Part shown: positions 1-13,040 of the stretch, piece after piece
Numbering within the stretch: position 1 is the stretch's first letter
How the letters are laid out: the number at the start of each line of letters is the position of its first letter
Assembly (NCBI GenBank): GCA_965226885.1
Contig: CBDDEL010000010.1
Span: forward strand, 105,168-169,167
Origin: Opitutales bacterium
GTDB taxonomy: Bacteria > Verrucomicrobiota > Verrucomicrobiia > Opitutales > UBA2987
Length of the DNA stretch: 64,000 nt
Direction of reading: 5' to 3'
Made by a program: the position numbers and the translations under genes
Notes under the pieces: generated by a model
Databases searched by the model: none
Told to the model about the DNA's origin: nothing
Seen by the model: the letters and a program-made list of their open reading frames with translations, nothing else

Positions 1-970
1 CGAAGGCTGCCACCAGTTTCTCCATTGTGAGAGGCCAGGCTGCTTCCGTTCCCGAAAAATATATTCCGCAAAAAAATGATACCACCAGCGCCGCCACCGG
101 GATTGCCGCCATCAGCCAATGCCCCTCCGAGGCCCCGTCTCCCTCCATTTCGTTGACCGAGCCGCCGCCGGCCACGGCCTTCCGGCGGGCCTGGGCCGCT
201 TTTTCGAACTTTTTCATGGCCCCGGGCAAAAAATTTCTATGAATGGACACAGCCAGCAGAATGAGGGTGAACCAGCAGTAAAAGTTATAAGGAATTGATC
301 TGAAAAAGAGGGCATAAGGGGCGGCCTCATCAAGCCTTCCGGCCAAGGCATATCCCTCCCGGATCATGGAAAGCTGGACCGCGATCCAGGTGGAGAGAAA
401 GGCCACGCAGGCCACCGCCGAACTGGTGGAATCTGCTAGGTAGGCCATCCTCGGGGCGGAAACGCCGCAGCGCCGGGCGGGCCCCCGCATCATGCGGCCC
501 ACCATCATGCTGTTGGCCAGCCCGTCAAAAAACAAAACGATTCCCATGCCGTAGGCGCACCACTGCAATCGGCGGGCTGGGGCCTTGCTGCGGATGAGAA
601 ATCCCTTCACCAGAGCCTGCATTCCCCCTCCTTTTTCCACCAGGGCGGAAAATCCACCCAGCATAAAGGTAAAAAGAATGGCGCCGATTTTCCACGGGCT
701 TTGCAGGGACGGAATGAGGTGGTCCCGGAAAAAAGAGACAAATGCCTCCAGAAGGTTGCCCTGGGCCAGAATAATGACTCCGGCCAGGCTTCCCGCCATC
801 AATCCCAAAAGGACCCGGCGCAGCAGCAGGGCCACGGCCAGAGTCACCACACTGGGCCAGATCGAGCGCAAGGGGCCGGCGCCCTCGAAAAATACCCATG
901 CAAAGGCTGATGCCACCAGCAGCCAGGCAATCCACGAACGCAATCTGGAATCAGGAAATCTCAATAGCAA
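1..970 (-). CDS. Na+/H+ antiporter NhaC-family membrane protein, partial (runs off the window start; absent from the ORF track)
   Basis: Manual minus-strand translation is open from a TTG near 964-970 to base 1: ...SIWPSVVTLAVALLLRRVLLGL...LFFDGLANSMMVG...AYLADSTSSAVACVAFLSTWIAVQ...SIPYNFY..., a hydrophobic pattern typical of the NhaC family. Start codon uncertain. Confidence 0.75.
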   Translation of the reverse strand, partial: MLLRFPDSRLRSWIAWLLVASAFAWVFFEGAGPLRSIWPSVVTLAVALLLRRVLLGLMAGSLAGVIILAQGNLLEAFVSFFRDHLIPSLQSPWKIGAILFTFMLGGFSALVEKGGGMQALVKGFLIRSKAPARRLQWCAYGMGIVLFFDGLANSMMVGRMMRGPARRCGVSAPRMAYLADSTSSAVACVAFLSTWIAVQLSMIREGYALAGRLDEAAPYALFFRSIPYNFYCWFTLILLAVSIHRNFLPGAMKKFEKAAQARRKAVAGGGSVNEMEGDGASEGHWLMAAIPVAALVVSFFCGIYFSGTEAAWPLTMEKLVAAF

Positions 971-2125
971 AAAGGAGGCACACTATATATAGAGGCTGTC
1001 CCAAAAGGGTGATTTTTGCGAGGGCTTTTGATAGGCGCTCATTTTAGAGGTATTTGCATTTGGGAGAGTATCAACTTTGCTCTCCTATGACGTTAGGATA
1101 CTGGTTTTGGGGTCCGGTTGCCTGGTTTTCTTTGTATGAGCCGACAGTAAGGCTGTGAAAAAGTATTGTCCTTGCTTTTCCGCTCTCTAGGCCGCCGCTT
1201 TGGTTTTTAGTTCGTCTTGCTGGGCCAGCATCTTGGCTACTTTCCATAGGTTGTGCGAGAGTACCGACCAGGCTACGCTGATCGAGCGGTTGGCAAAGCC
1301 TTTGCTGCGCAACCGCCCGGCCTGCCAGCGATTCTTCAATACCCCGATCCGCCCTTCGGTGCTGGCCCGGCGCTTTTGCAATTGTCTGAACAGTGGCTCC
1401 TCCATCCGTTTTTTCAACTGCTTCGGATCGCGTGGACAGAGCGCGTCGTAGATTCCCTCCTGGGCTAACTGCCGGCGGGCCCGCTGGGAGGCAAATCCCC
1501 GGTCCGCGCACATGGCCGCTATGGGTTCTTCCAGGTTGAAGCGGTTCTGTCTTTGCAAACTCTCTTGCATTTGTTCATTTTCGCTTGGAGTTCGGCTGCC
1601 GTAGAGTTTCCAGTCCAGCAGGTACCCTTCAACGCTTTCTCCCAAAAACAGGGTGTTGCCGAACTCGACCTCTTGGCCCGCTTTACCTCGCACAATCACC
1701 TGCCCATCGAGTTCGTAAACACTCAAGACTTTCTCTGCGTTTTTCACCTGGCGGCCGCCAATGATCCGCTCGTGCGCCTGTTTGATGACCACCGGGATTT
1801 GCTCGCTCATGCGCTCCATCCGGGCGAGGATCTGTTGGACCTGTTTTTCGCTGTAATCGCTTTGCTCCCAGCAGGCTTGCAATAATTCCCGGTGACTGCG
1901 GGCATGCTCCCCGATCCGTTTGAGCAGCTTTTTCATCTGCCTCAAGATACCCTTGCGCTGCCGCGCGCTGTCCTTTCGCCGCCGGCTGTGGGTCATCTGT
2001 ATGCACAGCCGATTCATCTGCCGAGCCAAGGGCTCCGGTTCGATCGGCATGCGATGGCGCAAACCGGCCTTCTCGCGGATCAGCCGGATCGCTTTGAGCA
2101 ACGTGCCGGCTACATCCTTGAGTAA

Positions 2126-3256
2126 TACCAAATCGCAAAAGGATTGATAAAGATTAAAAAACAGCTATAAAGGCGGAATGAGAAGATATATGGGAACCGA
2201 TGAAGACCGTGAACGTATCAAGAAATTGCTCAACAAAGAGGCTGTCGGCTGGCGTAAAGAGCGTTTGGTGGCATTAAAAATGGGCTTCCAGCCGCACCAC
2301 AGCATTGATGAAATTGGAGCCATCGTGGGCCGAGGCAAAGCGACGATCCAGCGTTGGTTTGACAAATATCGTGCTGCAGGGCTCGGGGCGGTGCTTACAC
2401 GCGCCTACAAAGGCGGGATCAAAAGCCGTTGCGACAAAGAGGTGGAGGCCTTCTTGCTCAATGGTTTGAAGGTCGCGCGCTGGAACACAGCCGTTCAGGC
2501 GGGGCAAGAGCTGGAGCGACATTTCGGGCGCTCCTTCGCCTACAAGACGGTGTGGCGATGGCTAAAAAAATGCGCCGGGGTGCTTCGAGTCCCTCGCCCC
2601 GTGCATGAGAAACGGGACTCGGCAAAAGCGGAAGCGTTCAAGCGAGACTTTTCTAAGATCCTCCAGGAGCTTTCCCTCACCCGAGGCAATCGGATTCGGG
2701 TGTGGTTTGCCGATGAAAGCCGTTTTGGTTTGCTTCCGGTGTACCGCCGGTGCTGGACGCAAAGAGGGCTTCGGCCGCACAAAAAATATCAGACAAGATA
2801 CCAGTGGAGCTACTGTTACGGAGCCCTCGACGTGGTCAACGGCGAGATGGTATGCATCCAAACCCCTAGCACGAATCTACAGTGGACGGAGGCTTTCCTC
2901 CAACAGATCAAAAAGCAATATCCTGAGGAGGAACATGTGGTTGTATGGGACGGGGCAGGCTTCCATCCGCACGACTCGGAGCACCCCAACGTCCCCCCGG
3001 GCATACATATCGTGAATTTGCCGCCGTATAGTCCTGAACTCAACCCGATTGAAAGACTTTGGGATATGATACAGGATCAAACGGCCAACAAACTGTGGCC
3101 GAGCATTGAGCGACTCGAAGAAGTCGTCGCAACCCATCTCAAAGACTGGTGGGAGGACACTGAAAAAGTCCTCTCTTTAGTTGGCGGAGGCTGGCAGCAC
3201 ATTCAAGCAAACGCTTCTGCCAAATAACTTATTATCATACCTAATGAGATTTGGTA
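2126..3256 (+). mobile_element. IS630-family element
   Basis: IRs TACCAAATC / GATTTGGTA. TAA on both sides (2123-2125, 3257-3259). The empty site GAGTAATACCCAG is present in copy 2 of element A. Confidence 0.9.
2178..3227 (+). CDS. IS630-family transposase (single intact ORF, 349 aa)
   Basis: HTH N-terminus; DDE motifs WFADESRFG, VVWDGAGFH, LPPYSPELNPIERLW. Confidence 0.93.
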   Translation: MRRYMGTDEDRERIKKLLNKEAVGWRKERLVALKMGFQPHHSIDEIGAIVGRGKATIQRWFDKYRAAGLGAVLTRAYKGGIKSRCDKEVEAFLLNGLKVARWNTAVQAGQELERHFGRSFAYKTVWRWLKKCAGVLRVPRPVHEKRDSAKAEAFKRDFSKILQELSLTRGNRIRVWFADESRFGLLPVYRRCWTQRGLRPHKKYQTRYQWSYCYGALDVVNGEMVCIQTPSTNLQWTEAFLQQIKKQYPEEEHVVVWDGAGFHPHDSEHPNVPPGIHIVNLPPYSPELNPIERLWDMIQDQTANKLWPSIERLEEVVATHLKDWWEDTEKVLSLVGGGWQHIQANASAK

Positions 3257-3628
3257 TAATACCCAGTCCGTCGGCCAATGAATGTTAGCCTCCAAACAGG
3301 TGCCGTCGATCAGGCAAATGGTGGTGTCAATCGGCTTGTCCAATCCCACCTGCCGGGCCAGAAGGGCATCGGCCACCACCTCAGTCAAGGTCCGGTGCAA
3401 GGCCCTCAACTGCTCTTCGCTGAAAAACTTCGAGGCCCGCTCCAGGGTGCTTCTGGAGATGCCCCTGATGCCATCGATCTGCCGGACACGGCAAAAGTCG
3501 GCCAACAGATCGCTGCTGCCCAGAGCCCGCGACAAATGCCGAAACGAAATCCCTCCGAGCAGACGGCCCAGCGTATCCATGCGCAGTGCCTTGATGGCAA
3601 AACTGGCCCGCTGCCGCCGGGCCTTTAG

Positions 3629-5195
3629 CCCGGATATTTCGTAAAAAAAGTATCGTTGATATGCTTAACTGCTGATATACAGCAGGATAGATCAATAATT
3701 AAAGCAATATCAGCGATGACAAAAGGTAAACAATTAAAGCTACAGTTGACAAGGGTAAAAGGCCGCCGTGTGCGGGTTGATTTCAAGGGCGGAGAGGTTA
3801 CTTCGGATGCCGGACTGCTTTTGATCCGGGAAGTGGATCGGCAGTTGGGCTTGACCGAACGAGCGGCCCGACAGTTAGTGGACAAACGGCAGAAGGGCAA
3901 AGTACGCCATGAGGTATTGGGGATGCTGCGGCAGCGCGTTTACGGGCTGGTGGCGGGCTATGAGGATTTGAACGACTTTGATACCCTGCGCCACGATCCA
4001 TTGTTGCCAACGGTAACGGGGCGCATTGAAACGTTGGCCAGCGCGCCGACTTTGTGTCGTTTTGAAAACGGGCAGGATCGGCGGGCGGCCTTTGCGGTAA
4101 ACGAGCTGTTGGTCGAACAGTTCATGGGCTCCTTTGCCGAGGAACCCGAAGAGATCATCCTGGACTTTGACGCCACCGACAATCCGGTGCACGGGCTCCA
4201 GGAGGGACGTTTTTTCCACGGTTATTATGATCATTACTGTTTTCTGCCGCTATATGTTTTTTGCGGTGATCAGCTGCTGGTGGCCTACCTGCGGCCGAGC
4301 AAGATCGATGCCAGCAAGCATGCCGGGGCCATCCTCAAATTGCTGGTTAAACGGATTCGCCAAAGCTGGCCCCGTACGCGGATTATTTGGCGCGCCGACA
4401 GTGGATTTTGTCGAGACCGGATACTCTCTTGGTGCGACCGCAACGAAGTTAGTTACATCGTGGGGATGGCTCGCAATGCACGCTTGCAGCAAGACGCCCA
4501 GCAGTTGCAAAAGCAGGCCAAAGAATGGTTCGAACTAAGGGGTAAAAAACAACGGTTATTCCAGGACTTCGTCTATGCTGCCGATTCGTGGCGATGGCTG
4601 CGGTTGGTCATCCATAAAGCCGAACACACCGCACAGGGGTCCAACCCGCGCTTCGTGGTGACGAACCTGCCGGGCGATCCCCAGGAGCTTTACGACAAGG
4701 TATACTGTGGCCGCGGTGAAATGGAGAACCGAATCAAGGAACAGATGCAATTGTTCAGCGAGCGCACCAGCGCCCATCAATGATGGGCCAATCAGTGGCG
4801 ATTGCTCTTGTCGGCGCTGGCCTACACCTTGATGGAAGCCATGCGCCGGTTAGCCTTAAAAGGGACGAAGTGGGCGCGGGCCCAATGCCACACCCTGCGG
4901 CTCAAATTAATCAAGATCGGAGCGGTCATCGTGCGCAACACCCGAACGATTCACTTTCACCTAAGTGAGAGTTATCCTTGGGCCAGTCTTTTCAACCATG
5001 CGGCCCGCCGATTGGTGCCAACCTAAAGGGTGCATTGGTGCTGCCCCCGGCACTACCGAACCAATGGGGGAAAGGGGGCAGTGTCTCTACACCCTGAAAA
5101 ACACCTAAAAATCAAGACGATCTGCTCAAAATACAAAGAAATCCATCTCCAATAGCAATAACGAGCCAAACTTTACCCTTCATGAAATATCCGGG
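3629..5195 (+). mobile_element. IS1380-family element type 1
   Basis: IRs CCCGGATATTTC / GAAATATCCGGG; TSD TTAG at 3625-3628 and 5196-5199. Confidence 0.93.
3716..5026 (+). pseudogene. IS1380 type 1 transposase with a premature stop
   Basis: TGG changed to TGA at 4781-4783 relative to intact copies; motifs TSDAGLLL, LDFDATD, RADSGF, RGEMENRIKE. Confidence 0.9.
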
Positions 5196-5547
5196 TTAGA
5201 CCCATTGGCTGCCACCCCTCCAAGGCCAGCTCAATGGCCTGCGATTCCACCTCCGAGTCGATCAGCAGCCGATCGATTCGATCAATGGTGGCGCGGAAGT
5301 TATCGTAATCGAGGCACCGGTCGACCACAGTTAAAGCTGGACGCAGGAGGCATTGGATGGCTATATTTTTCATAGAAAGGGCTATATTGATTTTCGCTAA
5401 CTCAATTATAGAACCCTTTTTTGGCCGGATCGAGCAAAAACTTGCTCTTTCCGGCTCTTTTTATCAACGTCATCCAGTTGACTATAAAATCTTTATATTT
5501 TTGGGACAGCCTCTATATAAGATAGAATATTAAGATTAAAGAACAAT

Positions 5548-5584
5548 AAAAAGGGCGTCCCGATTGAATCGAGACGCCCTTTTT
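5548..5584 (-). terminator. Intrinsic terminator downstream of groEL
   Basis: AAAAAGGGCGTCCCGATTGAATCGAGACGCCCTTTTT: GC-rich hairpin with A/T tracts on both sides. Confidence 0.8.
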
Positions 5585-5623
5585 AACTGCGTTAAATGTT
5601 TTAGTTATGCGTTCGGGAACGGC

Positions 5624-7297
<1,674 letters not shown>

Positions 7298-7304
7298 TTA
7301 AGTG

Positions 7305-7598
7305 TTATTCTACGATTCCAAGAATGTCGTCCTCGCGCACCAGAGTATAGGTCACGTCGTCGAGCTTGACTTCCGTTCCTCCATACTTGCTGACGATTAC
7401 GCGGTCGCCCACTTTGACGGAAAATTCGATCACATTGCCGTCATCATCCTTTTTTCCCGTGCCCAGGGCTACCACTTCGGCCTCCTGCGGTTTTTCCTTG
7501 GCGGTATCTGGAATGATAATTCCGCCCTTTACTTGTTCGTCTTCTTCAATCGCTTTGATGAGAACACGATCTCCGAGAGGTTTTATATTAACTTTCAT
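7305..7598 (-). CDS. groES: Co-chaperonin GroES
   Basis: [33 protein letters not shown]. Confidence 0.99.
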   Translation of the reverse strand: MKVNIKPLGDRVLIKAIEEDEQVKGGIIIPDTAKEKPQEAEVVALGTGKKDDDGNVIEFSVKVGDRVIVSKYGGTEVKLDDVTYTLVREDDILGIVE

Positions 7599-7706
7599 AA
7601 TGAGTCGTTTATTTTATACTTTATTTTTAGGTTTTGAGATATTGATTAAGGTTGTTAGCTTTATGCTATTCGTTTGAAAAGTCTGTTGCCCGAATGAAAT
7701 ACTAAT

Positions 7707-9674
7707 TTACTTTTTATCGTCGTCGACCATTTCAAAATCGGCATCGACGACATCATCATCGTCCGGCTTCTTGGCTCCGGCCTCGGCTGAAGAATCCTGG
7801 CCGCCTTCCTCTCCTGGCTGATCGGCACTGGGTGCTGCGTCTCCCTGGGCTTGGGCCTGGGACTGGGCATACATTTCCTTTACGGCCGCTTCCATGTCGG
7901 GGTCGTTTTGCAGTTTATCCAAGGCCGCCTTTATCTGATCCACATCATTGGATTCGAGAGCTTTCTTGGCCTCCGCAATCGTCGCTTCGATGGGGCCCTT
8001 TGTATCCTCGGAAATCTTATCGCCGCTTTCCTTGAGGAGTTTTTCGGTCTGGTAAATGGCGCTGTCCAGTTGATTGCGTGTTTCCACCGCTTCCTTGTTT
8101 TTGCGGTCTTCCTCTGCGTGGGTCTCCGCTTCCTGCTGCATGCGTTCGATCTCTTCCTGACTCAGGCCAGATGAGCCGCTGATGGTGATTTTCTGATCCC
8201 GGCCCGTGCCCAGATCTTTCGCCGTGACGTGCAATATGCCATTGGCGTCGATATCGAAAGTGACTTCGATTTGCGGCACACCCCGGGACGATGGGGGAAT
8301 CCCATCAAGCTTGAAATTACCCAGCATTTTATTGTCGCGGGCCATCGGGCGTTCGCCCTGCAAAACACGTATATCGACGCTCGGCTGGTTGTCCGAGGCG
8401 GTGGAAAAGGGTTGGGACTTTTTGGTCGGTATGGTGGTGTTGCGCTCGATCATGGGCGTCGAAATACCCCCTTCGGTCTCGATGTTGAGGGTCAATGGCG
8501 TAACATCGAGCAGCAGTACTGAATCCACTTCGCCACTCAAAACGGCTCCCTGGATGGCAGCGCCGATGGCCACCACTTCATCGGGGTTGACCCCCTTATG
8601 CGGTTCCCTTCCGGCCAATTCATGAGCCACTTCGAGAATCTTTGGGCTGCGCGTCATGCCGCCCACCAAAACGATGTTGCTGATATCGCCGACTTCGAGT
8701 TCGGCGTCCTTCAGGCACTCTTTGAACGGCCCTATTGTGCGCGCATAAAGATCATCGCAAAGCTGCTCCAGCTTGGCCCGTGTAAAGGTCACATTCAAGT
8801 GCTTGGGCCCGGTGGCGTCAGCCGTTATAAAAGGCAGGTTAATTTCAGTCTGCTGGGCCGAAGAAAGAGCGATTTTTGCTTTCTCAGCTTCTTCTTTGAG
8901 TCTTTGCAAGGCCATCGGGTCCTGTTTAAGGTCGATACCGTTTTCCTTTCTAAAATCATCCACCAGCCAATCGATGATGGCGGTGTCCCAGTTGTCGCCT
9001 CCCAGATGCGTGTCGCCCTTGGTGGCATGCACTTCAAAAACACTCTCCGCGATCTCCAGAATCGATATGTCGTAAGTGCCGCCGCCCAGGTCGTAAACGG
9101 CGATCGTTTCATCGGCCTTCTTTTCCAGCCCGTAAGCCAGGGAAGCTGCCGTCGGCTCGTTGATGATGCGTTTCACATCGAACCCGGCGATGGCCCCGGC
9201 GTCCTTGGTCGCCTGCCGCTGGGCGTCATTAAAATAAGCCGGCACGGTAATGACCGCTTCGATGATCTTTTCCCCCAGGTAGGCCTCGGCATCGGCCTTC
9301 ATTTTGCTCAAGATCATGGAAGAAATCTGCTCTGGGGAGAATTTTTCAGTTTTGCCACCGGACTGGCATTCAATCCAGGCATCACCATTTTTCCCCTCCA
9401 CTATCTTAAAAGGAATATTTCGGGACTCCTCTTGAACTTCGTTAAATTTGCGGCCAATGAGTCTTTTGGCGGAAAAAATCGTGTTTTGCGGGTTGGTCAC
9501 GGCCTGCCTTTTGGCTGCCTGGCCGACCAGCCGTTCACCCGTTTTACTAAAAGCCACCACCGACGGCGTAGTCCGGGCGCCCTCTGAATTGGGCACCACG
9601 ACCGGCTCTCCGCCCTCCATGATGGCCATACAGGAATTGGTGGTTCCCAAATCGATACCTAATACCTTGCTCAC
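7707..9674 (-). CDS. dnaK: Chaperone DnaK (Hsp70)
   Basis: [26 protein letters not shown], acidic C-terminus VVDADFE; GTG start. Confidence 0.99.
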   Translation of the reverse strand: MSKVLGIDLGTTNSCMAIMEGGEPVVVPNSEGARTTPSVVAFSKTGERLVGQAAKRQAVTNPQNTIFSAKRLIGRKFNEVQEESRNIPFKIVEGKNGDAWIECQSGGKTEKFSPEQISSMILSKMKADAEAYLGEKIIEAVITVPAYFNDAQRQATKDAGAIAGFDVKRIINEPTAASLAYGLEKKADETIAVYDLGGGTYDISILEIAESVFEVHATKGDTHLGGDNWDTAIIDWLVDDFRKENGIDLKQDPMALQRLKEEAEKAKIALSSAQQTEINLPFITADATGPKHLNVTFTRAKLEQLCDDLYARTIGPFKECLKDAELEVGDISNIVLVGGMTRSPKILEVAHELAGREPHKGVNPDEVVAIGAAIQGAVLSGEVDSVLLLDVTPLTLNIETEGGISTPMIERNTTIPTKKSQPFSTASDNQPSVDIRVLQGERPMARDNKMLGNFKLDGIPPSSRGVPQIEVTFDIDANGILHVTAKDLGTGRDQKITISGSSGLSQEEIERMQQEAETHAEEDRKNKEAVETRNQLDSAIYQTEKLLKESGDKISEDTKGPIEATIAEAKKALESNDVDQIKAALDKLQNDPDMEAAVKEMYAQSQAQAQGDAAPSADQPGEEGGQDSSAEAGAKKPDDDDVVDADFEMVDDDKK

Positions 9675-9686
9675 GCCAACCCATAT

Positions 9687-9703
9687 AGCACTATACGTGC
9701 CAA
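9687..9703 (-). promoter_or_regulatory. Putative sigma-54 (-24/-12) promoter upstream of dnaK
   Basis: Minus strand TTGGCACGTATAGTGCT has the required GG-N10-GC spacing and one mismatch to TGGCACGNNNNTTGCW. Confidence 0.55.
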
Positions 9704-9881
9704 CGGTTATAATATACTCACAACTACTTGTTTACTAAGCAGTTATAAAATATTATCGACTATGTCGGAAACTTCGCTTTCCATGCAACCATGCCAAATT
9801 GTCCCATATTCTTGTCACAGTAAAGCGCCGCGCGCCCACTCTGTCACACTTGCACAAATTTCAATACGACCTGCTCAATAC

Positions 9882-10172
9882 GTGAGAACCTCCCAAAAAA
9901 AATCAAAAAAAGTTGACTACCAAGCCCTCAATTCCGGCTTGATGAAAATACCCCGCATCCAGGTAGCGGTCGTGCGCGACCTGCTTGATATTGGCTTCGA
10001 GGAAGTGGAAGAACTCAAAGGCCGCGCTCCCGAAGCTCTTTTTGAAGATTTGCGAAAAAAGAATCCCGAGGCCCCCAAAGACCGCCTTTACGCCTTCCGC
10101 ATGGCCGTTTACTACGCCGAAACACCCGACCCCGACCCCAAACGCCTCCACCCCTGGGCCTGGCAAGACTGA
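9882..10172 (+). CDS. Small helix-hairpin-helix protein (Cdd1/McrB-like family)
   Basis: DLLDIGFEEVEELKGRAPEALFEDL ... LYAFRMAVYYAETPDPDPKRLHPWAWQD matches the family pattern from memory. Start may be GTG 9882 or ATG near 9942. Confidence 0.75.
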   Translation: MRTSQKKSKKVDYQALNSGLMKIPRIQVAVVRDLLDIGFEEVEELKGRAPEALFEDLRKKNPEAPKDRLYAFRMAVYYAETPDPDPKRLHPWAWQD

Positions 10173-10375
10173 GGCGGGCAGTGGCAAATGCAATTGTCAG
10201 TCCGCAGTCAAAGTGCCCCCCATTGTTTCATAATTATTGAGTAGAAACATTCTGAATGCGGCATAAACAACCATAATAACGCTCTCTCAATCCATTTTTA
10301 CGATTTTCAGGTTATTTCATCCATTTCTTGAGTTTGTGAGCTTGTATTTCAGAATTAGATAGTTAGTTTCTCTAA

Positions 10376-10648
10376 ATGGCTTCTTCTCCCAAGTTGTCAC
10401 GACTTCTGCATTGGTGGTTCGCCATCATTTCAGGTTTTCTACTGCTCGCTTCCTCAATGAGAACAGAGTCTGAGGAATTTTCAGAACTCAAGGCGAGAGC
10501 GGTATCAAATGGAAATGTCACCTTAGGCTTTGAAGCAAATCTTGGCCAGATCCATGACGGCATCGATTTCCTTGCCCGGGGAAATGGATTATTCTGTATT
10601 TTTGAAACCTTCAGAAGCAGTAATCAAATCGCGGAAATCTCGGTTTAA
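10376..10648 (+). pseudogene. N-terminal fragment of a secreted protein (FEANxGQ module seen in SBBP/beta-propeller surface proteins)
   Basis: Signal-like N-terminus followed by LGFEANLGQIHDGIDFLARGNG, then the ORF ends early. Confidence 0.5.
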
Positions 10649-11055
10649 AAATCTGACATTAGATACAGTAAAACGCCGATAGCGGGAAAAGAATACGACC
10701 ATGCAGATAAAGATTCATATGTTCTTGCTTTTTGCATTCATGGCAGTCTTCGCCTCTATCGGGCACGTCGCCAACGCGCAGACGCCTATCCCGGATAGCG
10801 CTCTTGAGGTTGCTATTCGCAATTCTTTAGGGAAACCTACGGGCGATATTACCGCCGCCGACATGGAATCGCTGACCAACCTTTCGGCCTCCTTCAGTGG
10901 CATCTCCGACCTGACCGGCTTGGAGGCGGCCGTGAATCTGACCTCGCTAGACCTCCCCGGCACCCAGATCAGTGATATCGGCACCCTGAGCGGACTCACC
11001 AACCTGACATCTCTAAACCTCTCCGTCAATCAGATCAACGATATTAGCGCCCTAA

Positions 11056-12628
11056 CCCGGATATTTCATGAAGGGTAAAGTTTGGCTCGTTATTGCTATT
11101 GGAGATGGAGATGGATTTCTTTGTATTTTGAGCAGATCGTCTTGATTTTTAGGTGTTTTTCAGGGTGTAGAGACACTGCCCCCTTTCCCCCATTGGTTCG
11201 GTAGTGCCGGGGGCAGCACCAATGCACCCTTTAGGTTGGCACCAATCGGCGGGCCGCATGGTTGAAAAGACTGGCCCAAGGATAACTCTCACTTAGGTGA
11301 AAGTGAATCGTTCGGGTGTTGCGCACGATGACCGCTCCGATCTTGATTAATTTGAGCCGCAGGGTGTGCCATTGGGCCCGCGCCCACTTCGTCCCTTTTA
11401 AGGCTAACCGGCGCATGGCTTCCATCAAGGTGTAGGCCAGCGCCGACAAGAGCAATCGCCACTGATTGGCCCACCATTGATGGGCGCTGGTGCGCTCGCT
11501 GAACAATTGCATCTGTTCCTTGATTCGGTTCTCCATTTCACCGCGGCCACAGTATACCTTGTCGTAAAGCTCCTGGGGATCGCCCGGCAGGTTCGTCACC
11601 ACGAAGCGCGGGTTGGACCCCTGTGCGGTGTGTTCGGCTTTATGGATGACCAACCGCAGCCATCGCCACGAATCGACAGCATAGACGAAGTCCTGGAATA
11701 ACCGTTGTTTTTTACCCCTTAGTTCGAACCATTCTTTGGCCTGCTTTTGCAACTGCTGGGCGTCTTGCTGCAAGCGTGCATTGCGAGCCATCCCCACGAT
11801 GTAACTAACTTCGTAGCGGTCGCACCAAGAGAGTATCCGGTCTCGACAAAATCCACTGTCGGCGCGCCAAATAATCCGCGTACGGGGCCAGCTTTGGCGC
11901 ATCCGTTTAACCAGCAATTTGAGGATGGCCCCGGCATGCTTGCTGGCATCGATCTTGCTCGGCCGCAGGTAGGCCACCAGCAGCTGATCACCGCAAAAAA
12001 CATATAGCGGCAGAAAACAGTAATGATCATAATAACCGTGGAAAAAACGTCCCTCCTGGAGCCCGTGCACCGGATTGTCGGTGGCGTCAAAGTCCAGGAT
12101 GATCTCTTCGGGTTCCTCGGCAAAGGAGCCCATGAACTGTTCGACCAACAGCTCGTTTACCGCAAAGGCCGCCCGCCGATCCTGCCCGTTTTCAAAACGA
12201 CACACAGTCGGCGCGCTGGCCAACGTTTCAATGCGCCCCGTTACCGTTTGCAACAATGGATCGTGGCGCAGGGTATCAAAGTCGTTCAAATCCTCATAGC
12301 CCGCCACCAGCCCGTAAACGCGCTGCCGCAGCATCCCCAATACCTCATGGCGTACTTTGCCCTTCTGCCGTTTGTCCACTAACTGTCGGGCCGCTCGTTC
12401 GGTCAAGCCCAACTGCCGATCCACTTCCCGGATCAAAAGCAGTCCGGCATCCGAAGTAACCTCTCCGCCCTTGAAATCAACCCGCACACGGCGGCCTTTT
12501 ACCCTTGTCAACTGTAGCTTTAATTGTTTACCTTTTGTCATCGCTGATATTGCTTTAATTATTGATCTATCCTGCTGTATATCAGCAGTTAAGCATATCA
12601 ACGATACTTTTTTTACGAAATATCCGGG
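11056..12628 (-). mobile_element. IS1380 type 1
   Basis: CCCGGATATTTC ends; TSD CTAA at 11052-11055 and 12629-12632. Confidence 0.93.
11231..12601 (-). CDS. IS1380 type 1 transposase (intact; start probably the MTKGKQ ATG)
   Basis: 456-aa ORF with the IS1380 DDE motifs. Confidence 0.92.
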   Translation of the reverse strand: MICLTADIQQDRSIIKAISAMTKGKQLKLQLTRVKGRRVRVDFKGGEVTSDAGLLLIREVDRQLGLTERAARQLVDKRQKGKVRHEVLGMLRQRVYGLVAGYEDLNDFDTLRHDPLLQTVTGRIETLASAPTVCRFENGQDRRAAFAVNELLVEQFMGSFAEEPEEIILDFDATDNPVHGLQEGRFFHGYYDHYCFLPLYVFCGDQLLVAYLRPSKIDASKHAGAILKLLVKRMRQSWPRTRIIWRADSGFCRDRILSWCDRYEVSYIVGMARNARLQQDAQQLQKQAKEWFELRGKKQRLFQDFVYAVDSWRWLRLVIHKAEHTAQGSNPRFVVTNLPGDPQELYDKVYCGRGEMENRIKEQMQLFSERTSAHQWWANQWRLLLSALAYTLMEAMRRLALKGTKWARAQWHTLRLKLIKIGAVIVRNTRTIHFHLSESYPWASLFNHAARRLVPT

Positions 12629-13040
12629 CTAAGCGGGCTCACCAACCTGACATCTCTAAACCTCTCCGGCAACCAGCTCAACGATATTAGCGCCCTGAGC
12701 GGGCTCGCCAGCCTAACATTGCTATTCCTCAATTTCAGCCAGATCAGCGATATCAGCGCCCTGAGCGGGCTCACCAGCCTGATAGAGCTATACCTCTGGA
12801 ACAACCAGATCAGGGATATCACCGCCCTGAGCGGGCTCACCAGCCTGAAAACGTTACGCCTTGGCGACAATCAGATCAGCAATATTAGCGCCCTGAGCGG
12901 GCTCACCAGCCTGATAGAGCTAAACCTCGGCTACAACCAGAGCAACGATATCAGCGCCCTGAGCGGGCTCACCAGCCTGATAGAGCTATACCTCACCAAC
13001 AACCAGCTCAGTGATATTAGTGCATTATCTGAATTAACTA
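12629..13040 (+). repeat. 66-bp tandem repeats encoding the LRR units
   Basis: AGCGCCCTGAGCGGGCTCACCAGCCTG recurs with a 66-bp period. Confidence 0.9.

Larger units (their letters stand above)
1187..5373 (-). pseudogene. Transposase of IS element A, split into three pieces by IS630 and IS1380
   Basis: ORF pieces 5173-5373, 3203-3580 and 1187-2131 each match parts of the uninterrupted 22689-24170 protein. Confidence 0.9.
992..5513 (-). mobile_element. IS element A, copy 1 (IS5-like/ISNCY-type DDE), carrying nested IS630 and IS1380
   Basis: Terminal IRs GAGGCTGTCCCAAAA (992) and TTTTGGGACAGCCTC (ends 5513), flanked by TA(TA). Sequence matches copy 2 once the two nested insertions are removed. 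Family assignment uncertain. Confidence 0.85.

Noticed and set aside
7599-9760. Canonical CIRCE element for the chaperone operon
   Set aside because: No TTAGCACTC-N9-GAGTGCTAA found; only the shorter near-palindrome reported above.
9784-9797. TTGGCATGGTTGCA (minus strand) as a second sigma-54 promoter
   Set aside because: GG-to-GC spacing is 7, not the required 10.
12629-13040. 66-bp periodic repeats as a CRISPR array or DGR variable region
   Set aside because: They are in-frame LRR codons. There is no repeat-spacer structure, cas gene or reverse transcriptase in the window.
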